This document shows, one piece after another, positions 7,288 to 14,598 of a stretch of DNA of 15,398 bases; the stretch's first letter is position 1, and each line of letters opens with the position of its first letter. The position numbers and the translations under genes were made by a program. The stretch comes from Candidatus Thalassarchaeaceae archaeon (lineage in GTDB: Archaea > Thermoplasmatota > Poseidoniia > Poseidoniales > Thalassarchaeaceae): the NCBI GenBank assembly GCA_030747675.1, contig JASLKH010000020.1, forward strand, positions 1 to 15,398, written 5' to 3'. Below the pieces are notes generated by a model. That model searched no databases. It was not told the origin of the DNA and saw only the letters and a list, made by a program, of their open reading frames with translations.

Positions 7288-7370
7288 TATCTAGGCGAGA
7301 TGGTAATTGGTGATAAAGGCTCAAAATAAGGTGAAGTGTGATATTTTTTCCTACTTTTAGTGAATTTCAC

Positions 7371-7461
7371 TCGCCGAGAGGGTGAAAACCCCCCCCTCGT
7401 TCCCGTACATGGTGGCCCCGGAAGCAAACCCGGATACTGACGCTAGCAATAGCGCCGGTGA
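7371..7461 (+). ncRNA. Candidate structured RNA / 5' leader upstream of nadC, family unknown
   Basis: 57/90 G+C over 7371-7460. Hairpins GGGT-GAAA-ACCC (7380-7391), CCGG-N8-CCGG (7418-7433) and CGCTA-GCAA-TAGCG (7441-7454), with a possible closing helix TCGCCG (7371-7376)/CGGTGA (7456-7461). The two GNRA tetraloops form only on the + strand. Confidence 0.5.
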
Positions 7462-7537
7462 TGTCGATGTTGACTTAATCATCGCAGAGACTTTTCAAGA
7501 GGTCGCGAATAGAATTTTACCACATGATCGAAAGAAA

Positions 7538-8443
7538 ATGTTGCTTTCTGATGATGGTCCGACAGATTGGTTTCTAAACAGTGCTCGGCGATGGGTGACA
7601 ACCATGCTTGCCGATGAAGGGGTTCATGAACCAATTGAATCTGGAACACGTAGAACGAAAGCTGAAATTCATTCAAGAGAATCTGGAGTTCTTGCAGGCC
7701 TATATGTTGTTGATCTGCTCCTAAGAGAATGGATGCCTGGTGCCAGATTCACTTGGACAGGGAGCGAGGGAGCAGAAATCGAAAAGGGCAATTGTATTCT
7801 TACGATTGAAGCCTGTAGGCATCAAATCTTAGTCTGTGAACGTGTAATTCTCAACATTCTAGCTCACCTTAGTGGAATTGCTACCAACACCGCGAAATGG
7901 GTGGCTAATTCTCAAATTCCATTAGCGGCTACTCGAAAAACTACTTGGGGAGTTTTAGACAAAGCTGCGGTTTCAATTGGTGGGGGTTTAACACATCGAC
8001 TAAATCGTCCTGATGCTCTAATGTTGAAAGAAAATGATTTGGCAACAACTGCTGAGAATGGAGAGCAAGGATCTAAGAGAGTTCGTAGTATATTGCGAGA
8101 CTTACCACTCGAAAGTATTGGCGCGTTCGCAACTATTGAAGTGAGGACCCTAGATGAAGCATTGGCTGCAGCTGAAACTTGGGCTGAACGATTACTTGAA
8201 ACTGATGAAAAGACTCGATTGAACATCATGCTTGACAATATGGGACCAGAAATTACGAGAGATGCGGCGTTGGATTTAGAAACTAGAGGATTAAGAGAAT
8301 ACTTGACTTTGGAAGCGAGTGGTAATGTTAGTTTTGATAGTCTAGAAACCTGGCAATTGTCACGGGTTGATGTGATATCCACGAGCCAATTGCATAGAGG
8401 GGCTCAACCGCTTGACCTTACTTGCATATTCCAAGGTGCGTGA
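7538..8443 (+). CDS. nadC: Nicotinate-nucleotide pyrophosphorylase (quinolinate phosphoribosyltransferase)
   Basis: ESGVLAG, ERVILNILAHLSGIAT, TRKT, GGGLTHR, IMLDNM, EASG and VDVIS motifs. The start is probably the ATG at 7538: the extra 52 codons from the track GTG at 7382 show no NadC features and run through the structured element. Confidence 0.92.
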   Translation: MLLSDDGPTDWFLNSARRWVTTMLADEGVHEPIESGTRRTKAEIHSRESGVLAGLYVVDLLLREWMPGARFTWTGSEGAEIEKGNCILTIEACRHQILVCERVILNILAHLSGIATNTAKWVANSQIPLAATRKTTWGVLDKAAVSIGGGLTHRLNRPDALMLKENDLATTAENGEQGSKRVRSILRDLPLESIGAFATIEVRTLDEALAAAETWAERLLETDEKTRLNIMLDNMGPEITRDAALDLETRGLREYLTLEASGNVSFDSLETWQLSRVDVISTSQLHRGAQPLDLTCIFQGA

Positions 8444-8447
8444 AACT

Positions 8448-9224
8448 ATGGGCGACGTGCCCCCCTCGCATCCTCGCTATGCTTCCCTGATGTCCCGCAA
8501 GAAGCTCGTTGATGCTTCAAATGACGGTTTACTGGCTGATTCCGCATTGATCGCACATGGAAGAGGTGAGGCTTTCGATTATTTACTCGGTGAAAAAACA
8601 TCAACCGTTGCAATGCAAGCAATTGAAGAGGTGGTGGCATTATTACTCAAAGCTAAAAATCCCGTCTTGTCACTCAATGGCAATACCACAGCCCTAGCAG
8701 GGGCTGAATTAATCGCATGTGCTGCTGTACTACAATGCCCCATTGAATTAAACATATATTATCGGACACCTGAACGTATGGAGGTTTTGTTCAAATTTTT
8801 AAATTCCATTCGCGGTTGTGCTAAAGAATTGCTTCCAGAGGCGTTACATTCACAAGTTGATGATGTACCGATCTTAGGAATGAGCCCCGATGATAGTATT
8901 CCGAACCTAGAAGGTCCTAGGGCTGCATGCCATAGTGATGGAATACTTTCAGCGGATGTCATTCTAGTTCCATTGGAAGATGGTGATCGATGTGAAGCCC
9001 TAATGGCAATGGAGAAATCAATTTGTGTCATAGATTTGAACCCTTTATCAAGAACTGCCCAAATGGCAACAGTAACTATTGTTGATGAATTAACAAGATG
9101 TGCACCGCTTATACTCAATTCTCTGATTAAAAATAACTCTGAAATTAACGAAGAATGGGACAACATGGATAATTTGCAAAAGTCACTAAACATCATGCTT
9201 CGGAATTTGAATGAACATGATTGA
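8448..9224 (+). CDS. 4-phosphopantoate--beta-alanine ligase (archaeal phosphopantothenate synthetase, CoA biosynthesis)
   Basis: PPSHPRY.SL, LIAHGRGEAFDYLLGEKT, SLNGN, VPLEDGDR.EAL and IDLNPLSRTA match the archaeal PPS family. The ATG at 8448 is 4 nt after the nadC stop, with AGGTG at 8434-8438. Confidence 0.96.
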   Translation: MGDVPPSHPRYASLMSRKKLVDASNDGLLADSALIAHGRGEAFDYLLGEKTSTVAMQAIEEVVALLLKAKNPVLSLNGNTTALAGAELIACAAVLQCPIELNIYYRTPERMEVLFKFLNSIRGCAKELLPEALHSQVDDVPILGMSPDDSIPNLEGPRAACHSDGILSADVILVPLEDGDRCEALMAMEKSICVIDLNPLSRTAQMATVTIVDELTRCAPLILNSLIKNNSEINEEWDNMDNLQKSLNIMLRNLNEHD

Positions 9225-9285
9225 TACGTAGTTTCTACAAGTAATCCAGCAGAAGTTTTTTGGTTACAATGTCTATTCATCCTGC

Positions 9286-9939
9286 ATGGAATTAGAGGAT
9301 GATGAGGAGGAACGGGTCCTCATAGATTCAGACAATTTTCTAGCATCACAAGTTTCATTCGATATCGATTCGCCACAGCAACCGAAACGAAAAATCAAGA
9401 AAGCGAAAGGTGAAACTACCTCGGATTCAGAGAATGATGCAGTGAGTTCTTGCCCTGGATGCGGTAAAGAGTTGCTAGAAAGTGAATTTGTTGATGCTAT
9501 GCTTTCATTCGTTACAGGAGCAACGGATTACCTTGCAGGGGACCCCGTGAGAGTTCGTAGTGTGCAAATACTTCAACAAATCGTTAGTGAAGGTCGATTG
9601 CCAGATCCACATTCCGAATGGAGTATAGAAGTGGTGCAACGATTGGAGCAACACATTGAACATATGGCTGATGAACGAGCGCGGGTCATAGCTCGGCAAG
9701 GAAATGTAGGGAATGATTCCCTGAATGAACAACGCATTCGAAATGAGGCAAAGGAGACGATGCGCGCAGAAATTGAACAAGAAATTGTTGGAGAAGTAGC
9801 ATTAGCAATAAGAGAGCAAATTCGCCAACAAACATTGGAGGAAATGGTCCCACAAATTCGTGCCGAATTGGAAACTGAAATGTGGGAACAGTTTGAAGAG
9901 ATTCTCAGAGCAGAACGTGCAAAAAATAAGAGCAATTGA
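9286..9939 (+). CDS. Hypothetical protein: acidic N-terminus, single CxxC, C-terminal Glu/Arg-rich helices
   Basis: A 217-aa ORF with natural composition fills the gap between PPS and the dehydrogenase, and its stop directly abuts the next stop. Confidence 0.8.
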   Translation: MELEDDEEERVLIDSDNFLASQVSFDIDSPQQPKRKIKKAKGETTSDSENDAVSSCPGCGKELLESEFVDAMLSFVTGATDYLAGDPVRVRSVQILQQIVSEGRLPDPHSEWSIEVVQRLEQHIEHMADERARVIARQGNVGNDSLNEQRIRNEAKETMRAEIEQEIVGEVALAIREQIRQQTLEEMVPQIRAELETEMWEQFEEILRAERAKNKSN

Positions 9940-11133
9940 TTACGCCACAGCATAGTGTTCTTTGAGTAATTTAGTCAAATGAGTGCATATTGCATCCCCT
10001 ACTTCAGTTGTTCCTGAAGAACCGCCTAAATCGTACGTGAGAATATTGCCATTTGAAATTGTATGGGCCACTGCAGTTTCGAGTAAATTTGCAACTTGTG
10101 AACAGTCGGCATCACCCTTAGTTTCTCCAAGCCAATCCAACATCATCCCTACGGAACTAATCATTGCAATTGGATTGGTTTTATTTTGTCCCGAATATTT
10201 TGGTGCAGAACCATGTACTGGTTCAAACATTGCATGTGTATCTCCAATATTTGCTGATGCTGCTAAACCCATCCCTCCCTGTAAAACACTTGCCAAATCT
10301 GTTGCAATGTCTCCAAACATGTTCGGTGTGACTACAACATCAAATTCTTCGGGATTTCGAACGAGCCACATGGTGAATGCGTCAATATATGCTGAATTTA
10401 CAGAGATTTCTGAATTTTTCTCTGCTATTTCATGGAATATTTTACGGAAGAGTTGACAGCCGCGTGTGACATTTGATTTGTCAACACAAGTCACTCTGGT
10501 GGCGCCATCTGCGGGGGCTCCATTTCTGCGCTTAGCGAGATTAAATGCAAAGCGAATTACACGTTCACTCCCCACTCTCGAAATCGGACGGGGGTCCCAT
10601 GCGATTTCTCCTTCAAGGCCTGGGAATTGAATGGCTTCGGGCTCAGATGGAGCACGACCTTGTGCCTTGTCGGCAGAACGTCGAAGAAGTGAATGGTACA
10701 AGCCTTCCGTATTTTCACGGATGATTACCATGTCTACTGAATCGGAGTCCCAAACTTGATTAAATTCACCATGGATTTTGTGACGGACTCCCTCATACAA
10801 CCTAATAGGGCGGACGTTTGCATACAAATCAAGGCCACTGCGTAACCCAAGAATTACTTGTCCTCCTGCCAAATCGCCCTCATCAGTCATTGCATTCGGC
10901 CACCCGATTGCGCCAAGAAGAATTGCATCCGCTTCATCACGACAGAACTCAAAGGATCCTTGTGGCCATTCTTCACCAGTTTCAAGATAATGCTTACCTC
11001 CACAAGGAATCACATTTCTATTGAATCTAAGCGGTGATTTTGATTCAATCACATCAAGCACTTTTTCTGCCTCAATCATCACATCTCTACCGATTCCGTC
11101 GCCGGGGAGAAGGGCAAGGGTATAGGGAGGCAT
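9940..11133 (-). CDS. Isocitrate/isopropylmalate/tartrate dehydrogenase family (beta-decarboxylating dehydrogenase)
   Basis: LPGDGIG, LDLYANVRP, RENTEGLY, VDKSNV, NMFGDIATD, FEPVHGSAP and TYDLGG. Start refined to the ATG at 11133 (MPPYTLALL). Substrate not assignable by eye. Confidence 0.95.
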   Translation of the reverse strand: MPPYTLALLPGDGIGRDVMIEAEKVLDVIESKSPLRFNRNVIPCGGKHYLETGEEWPQGSFEFCRDEADAILLGAIGWPNAMTDEGDLAGGQVILGLRSGLDLYANVRPIRLYEGVRHKIHGEFNQVWDSDSVDMVIIRENTEGLYHSLLRRSADKAQGRAPSEPEAIQFPGLEGEIAWDPRPISRVGSERVIRFAFNLAKRRNGAPADGATRVTCVDKSNVTRGCQLFRKIFHEIAEKNSEISVNSAYIDAFTMWLVRNPEEFDVVVTPNMFGDIATDLASVLQGGMGLAASANIGDTHAMFEPVHGSAPKYSGQNKTNPIAMISSVGMMLDWLGETKGDADCSQVANLLETAVAHTISNGNILTYDLGGSSGTTEVGDAICTHLTKLLKEHYAVA

Positions 11134-11244
11134 GAAAGAGTCCTGTTCACTTCCCCTACATGAAGGAACGCCCACTCAAACATCAAGAAAAAAGAAGGAG
11201 AGGTAGGGAACACTTCATCAACCGTCATTCAGCATCCCTTGAAG

Positions 11245-11871
11245 ATGTCTCGTCAACCCTCCGATCATGATGAGCGCCCTCGGCTGGATGCTGCAGCACT
11301 TCCAGATGAGGTTCAACGGCTTTGGGAAACAATGCTAAGGTTGGATCCAAAATGGGATATACACTCATGGTTAAGCGAACGTGCCGATGAGGAAATGCAA
11401 CTGATTGATGCCAATTTGGTAAGGGAAAAAATGCGATTAGAACAGCGTATTTCACGGATTAAGGCCCTTTCTGCTAGAATAAGAAAGGAGAATGATGTCG
11501 CGCGTAAGGACCCTCACCAATTCAACTTGTTCGATGATTACAGCCAGCAAAATAAACCAATCATTAAGGAAGATTTACTAGATGACGAAAGGGATTGGGA
11601 GCCACATCCAGCAACCACGCATATTGCATATCTGAATGATGATGTTGGTGATGATCCTTTGCTCGCTGTCTGTGCCCAAGCGATTCTTCTATGCATTGAA
11701 GAAATTTCAATAAAAACATCAGCACCGGTGACATTGGAAGAAATCGGGGTGACTCTAACTCCAAGAGGTGTGGAAACTGAAGAGTTAGTCGAAGCCCTTG
11801 AATGGTTATTGGAACATGGACGTATTATAGAAGTAGATGAAAATGAATTTATTTCTGCCCAAGATTCGTAA
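11245..11871 (+). CDS. Hypothetical protein: coiled coil, acidic linker, probable C-terminal winged helix
   Basis: Heptad-like LVREKMRLEQRISRIKALSARIRKE, and a C-terminal VTLEEIG...TEELVEALEWLLEHGRIIEVDENEF with wHTH-like spacing. The ATG at 11245 is preferred over the TTG at 11239. Confidence 0.8.
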   Translation: MSRQPSDHDERPRLDAAALPDEVQRLWETMLRLDPKWDIHSWLSERADEEMQLIDANLVREKMRLEQRISRIKALSARIRKENDVARKDPHQFNLFDDYSQQNKPIIKEDLLDDERDWEPHPATTHIAYLNDDVGDDPLLAVCAQAILLCIEEISIKTSAPVTLEEIGVTLTPRGVETEELVEALEWLLEHGRIIEVDENEFISAQDS

Positions 11872-11967
11872 TCTCCGCTCTAAATTGTAATTAAGAAATT
11901 TGCAATATCCCCGGGGTTTTCATAAGAACACTCAATAACGTCGCGGCCCCATTCTCTACTGACTGAA

Positions 11968-12792
11968 ATGTCTCGACTATTCTCAATTGCTGCCAGTTTG
12001 GGCCTCGGAGTATGGATTGCAAGTGCATTAAGGGATCCCTTTTTCGGGATTGCAGCAGGAATTGGCACAATGCTTCTTTTTGAAATCTTCGAAAACAATG
12101 TTGAAAAACGCCGATTACGGCATATTGGAGAATCTCAAACACTACGATTGCAAGATGCTTCAATGCACATTCAGCGATTGGATTCGATTCTCCAAAGACA
12201 ATCTGGTGAACTTAGCAACGCTTTGCATGAGATTGAGCGAAGGGATTCCGTAGGCGCCCCCGAGGCAAGGAAATTAATTGAAAGTCAGAGAGTTACATTA
12301 CAAGCACAATCCAATGCAATGGAAGAAGCAAAGAAACTCATTGGTTCGCAAGAAAAAATGTTGAAACAGCTTGAAGTTAATACTGAAGATGCGCGTGGCC
12401 GTTGGGAAGATATGGTTGAAACAATGGAAAGGGTACTGAAGATTCAAGCTGAACATGCCGATGTTGCTCATCGTCGCTTGGCTGACGAAAGCGGTCGGCT
12501 TTCAGATGCATTCGCTGAAAACAATAGAGAAATGCAGCGAACGATGACTGAATTATTACAACAACTTGCGCTGGAACCTCGCACCTCTAATGTCTCTGTA
12601 CAAGATTCGGTGGTTATGAATTCTAATGCCCATGCATCAGCAGAAGAGGCTGTGCGTATTGTTGTCGGACCACATCTGAAAAAAAGATCTTCGCGAAAAA
12701 CGCCACACATTCCGGTTGTGAAATTAAAAGCACGGCCTTTGGGGAAAAAAAGTGAACAATGGGTCGATGCATTCAACGAGGATCTCATTTGA
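11968..12792 (+). CDS. Hypothetical membrane-anchored long coiled-coil protein
   Basis: An N-terminal two-helix hydrophobic hairpin, then about 150 aa of Q/E/R/K-rich helical sequence, then NVSVQDSVVMNS and a basic tail. Confidence 0.82.
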   Translation: MSRLFSIAASLGLGVWIASALRDPFFGIAAGIGTMLLFEIFENNVEKRRLRHIGESQTLRLQDASMHIQRLDSILQRQSGELSNALHEIERRDSVGAPEARKLIESQRVTLQAQSNAMEEAKKLIGSQEKMLKQLEVNTEDARGRWEDMVETMERVLKIQAEHADVAHRRLADESGRLSDAFAENNREMQRTMTELLQQLALEPRTSNVSVQDSVVMNSNAHASAEEAVRIVVGPHLKKRSSRKTPHIPVVKLKARPLGKKSEQWVDAFNEDLI

Positions 12793-12796
12793 GGTG
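12791..12796 (+). promoter_or_regulatory. Shine-Dalgarno site (GAGGTG) overlapping the upstream stop codon
   Basis: tGAGGTGgccccATG: the TGA stop at 12790-12792 overlaps the site, which is 5 nt from the ATG at 12802. Confidence 0.75.
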
Positions 12797-12801
12797 GCCC
12801 C

Positions 12802-13566
12802 ATGAGCGGGGACAAATTGGACTGGGTCGGCGCCGCCCCTCTTGACCCAGGACTAATGGATGTCTTACGAAAAGACCTCGTAGTGCGCCGAATAATGATC
12901 TGGGTCCCTGCCGGATTGATTGTCACTATTGCACTTTTGTTTGGCCTAGAGATTCCATTAAAGAGCAAAGAAGCGTTAGCAATAATGGGTATTGCGGCTA
13001 TTCTTGGAATAATTCTTGGAAGGACTTCCGGAATTTCTCGTTATAGTCGCATACAATCTGCTTTGATTGGTGGCATGGATATCGCCCCCCTTCTAGCAGA
13101 AGAAGAACGCCATATTGGGAGTCGAATTCTTGGTATGCCAGGAGGAGATGACATTCTAGACATCATAATGCGGCCGCGCGAAGGTGGCGAGTTAGCCAAA
13201 GACAAGGACAAGTGGGGACGTGTTGTTTACCGAACCCGTGGAAAGGATCCAAAGGGCCCTGCTGAGGGGGGAGGGGCCGATACAATTGAAGCGAGTATGC
13301 CTCGCATCGATGCAATGACTCCTCGGCCTGAATTTGATGGTTTAGAGGGAGATTTGACTTCTGGTGAAAAATTAGTTGAAACTGTCAACAAAGAACAAAG
13401 CGTGTCTGCACAAGCTGCTTGGGAACAATCTGAATCAGAGGACCCTGATTTAATTGAATCTGGATTTGAGAAATTGGGCGATATGGTTGCAGCGGGACAA
13501 TTGAGGCCCGCTGAAGATAACTTTCCTCAAGCCCCTAAACGGGATGATCCTGATGGAACGGCATAG
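12802..13566 (+). CDS. Hypothetical membrane protein (2 TM) with an acidic C-terminal region
   Basis: Hydrophobic segments IMIWVPAGLIVTIALLFGL and ALAIMGIAAILGIILG, a strong SD, and a stop that abuts the convergent epimerase stop. Confidence 0.82.
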   Translation: MSGDKLDWVGAAPLDPGLMDVLRKDLVVRRIMIWVPAGLIVTIALLFGLEIPLKSKEALAIMGIAAILGIILGRTSGISRYSRIQSALIGGMDIAPLLAEEERHIGSRILGMPGGDDILDIIMRPREGGELAKDKDKWGRVVYRTRGKDPKGPAEGGGADTIEASMPRIDAMTPRPEFDGLEGDLTSGEKLVETVNKEQSVSAQAAWEQSESEDPDLIESGFEKLGDMVAAGQLRPAEDNFPQAPKRDDPDGTA

Positions 13567-14508
13567 TCAAAACCAGGATGCAATTGTTTCGACAAATGCT
13601 TTTTCATAACTTTTCTCCGGATTGAAATCGAGGAGTTGGGTGGCTTTTTGTATGCTTGCGGATGAATGTTTGATATCGCCAACTCTTTCATCAGAATAAA
13701 TAGGCTGAATAGAAGCTATTGATGGATCATATCGTGAGAGTATATCTCTCAACGACGTGAACAACTCTGTCATAGAAATTGTATTCCCTGATGCCACATT
13801 GTAGATTTGGTTTAATGCCTCATCATTCTCAGAAATGAGCGCGAGTAAATTTAGTTCAGCTACATCCAATACTCGAACGAAATCGCGAGTGGCGCTACCA
13901 TCTCCAAATATCCTTGGTTGACTATGTGTTTTCATTAATTCAATGAATTTAGGAATTACAGCTGCATACGCTCCAAATGGGCTCTGGCGTGGGCCGTGCA
14001 CGTTGAAATATCGCAGAGAAATTGCAGGGATTGATGATGAAAGAATGGCTTTTTCAGCAGCCAATTTATGTTCTGCATATGGAGACAAACAGTGTATAGG
14101 GGTGTCTTCTGAGATAGGCATTTCTAAACAATTCCCATACACTGCTGCAGTACTTGAAAACACCAAACGTTCGATCCCTTGTTTTTCTGCAGCTGTAATT
14201 AGATTCAAAGTGCCTTGGAGATTTATCGCTGCAGATAATTCTGGTTCAGCGATGGATCCTGGAACTGAGGCAAAGGCTGCAAGGTGCACCACATGTGTAC
14301 ATTGCCGAATTACAGAATGTATTTGCTCCAAATTGCAAATATCTCCTTCGACGAAAGAAAAGTTTTCTGCGCTTTCTAGGTGACTTACATTTTTTTGGTT
14401 CCCACTTGACAAATTATCAAAGCAGATGACTTCGGCACCGTACGCGACCAATGCGTCGCAAACATGAGAGCCGATGAAGCCAGCACCTCCCGTAACAAGG
14501 ACACGCAT
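13567..14508 (-). CDS. NAD-dependent nucleotide-sugar epimerase (extended SDR), WbpP/TviC-like UDP-GlcNAc(A) 4-epimerase
   Basis: TGGAGFIGSH, HLAA, SSTAAVYG, YAEHK (YxxxK), LRYFNVHGPRQSPFGAYAAVIPKF and FGDG..TRDF. Confidence 0.93.
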   Translation of the reverse strand: MRVLVTGGAGFIGSHVCDALVAYGAEVICFDNLSSGNQKNVSHLESAENFSFVEGDICNLEQIHSVIRQCTHVVHLAAFASVPGSIAEPELSAAINLQGTLNLITAAEKQGIERLVFSSTAAVYGNCLEMPISEDTPIHCLSPYAEHKLAAEKAILSSSIPAISLRYFNVHGPRQSPFGAYAAVIPKFIELMKTHSQPRIFGDGSATRDFVRVLDVAELNLLALISENDEALNQIYNVASGNTISMTELFTSLRDILSRYDPSIASIQPIYSDERVGDIKHSSASIQKATQLLDFNPEKSYEKAFVETIASWF

Positions 14509-14598
14509 ATTGAGGCAGTTTCAGCCCCATTTCTTGAGGCATCCGGTGATTCATGCTCGACCGAGGGCTTGATGAAGCAAGAATAGTGCCGCGAAAAC

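Noticed and set aside
7371-7470. Resemblance of the nadC leader to 5S rRNA (+ strand: CCCGTAC...CGGAAG...TACTG), the glmS ribozyme (- strand: AGCGTCAG...ACGAGG...TCGGCG), the Moco riboswitch or the NAD+-I riboswitch
   Set aside because: The invariant 5S loop C (CCGAAC) and helix II are missing, glmS TTTATCGA and P2 pairing are missing, and the Moco and NAD+-I matches are only a few bases. The element is kept as unassigned.
8968-8978. Third ORB-like core, TTCCATTGGAA
   Set aside because: It encodes the conserved VPLE motif of PPS, is shorter, and has no G-string or AT-rich neighbour.
11160-11270. 36-aa basic ORF (MKERPLKHQEKRRRGREHF...) in the divergent gap
   Set aside because: It is a by-product of a purine-rich run, overlaps the 11245 gene out of frame, and has no SD or family motif.
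11660-11871. Coiled coil plus C-terminal winged helix suggesting a CdvB/ESCRT-III protein
   Set aside because: The helical region is far too short for an ESCRT-III core, and there is no Vps4/CdvA neighbour.
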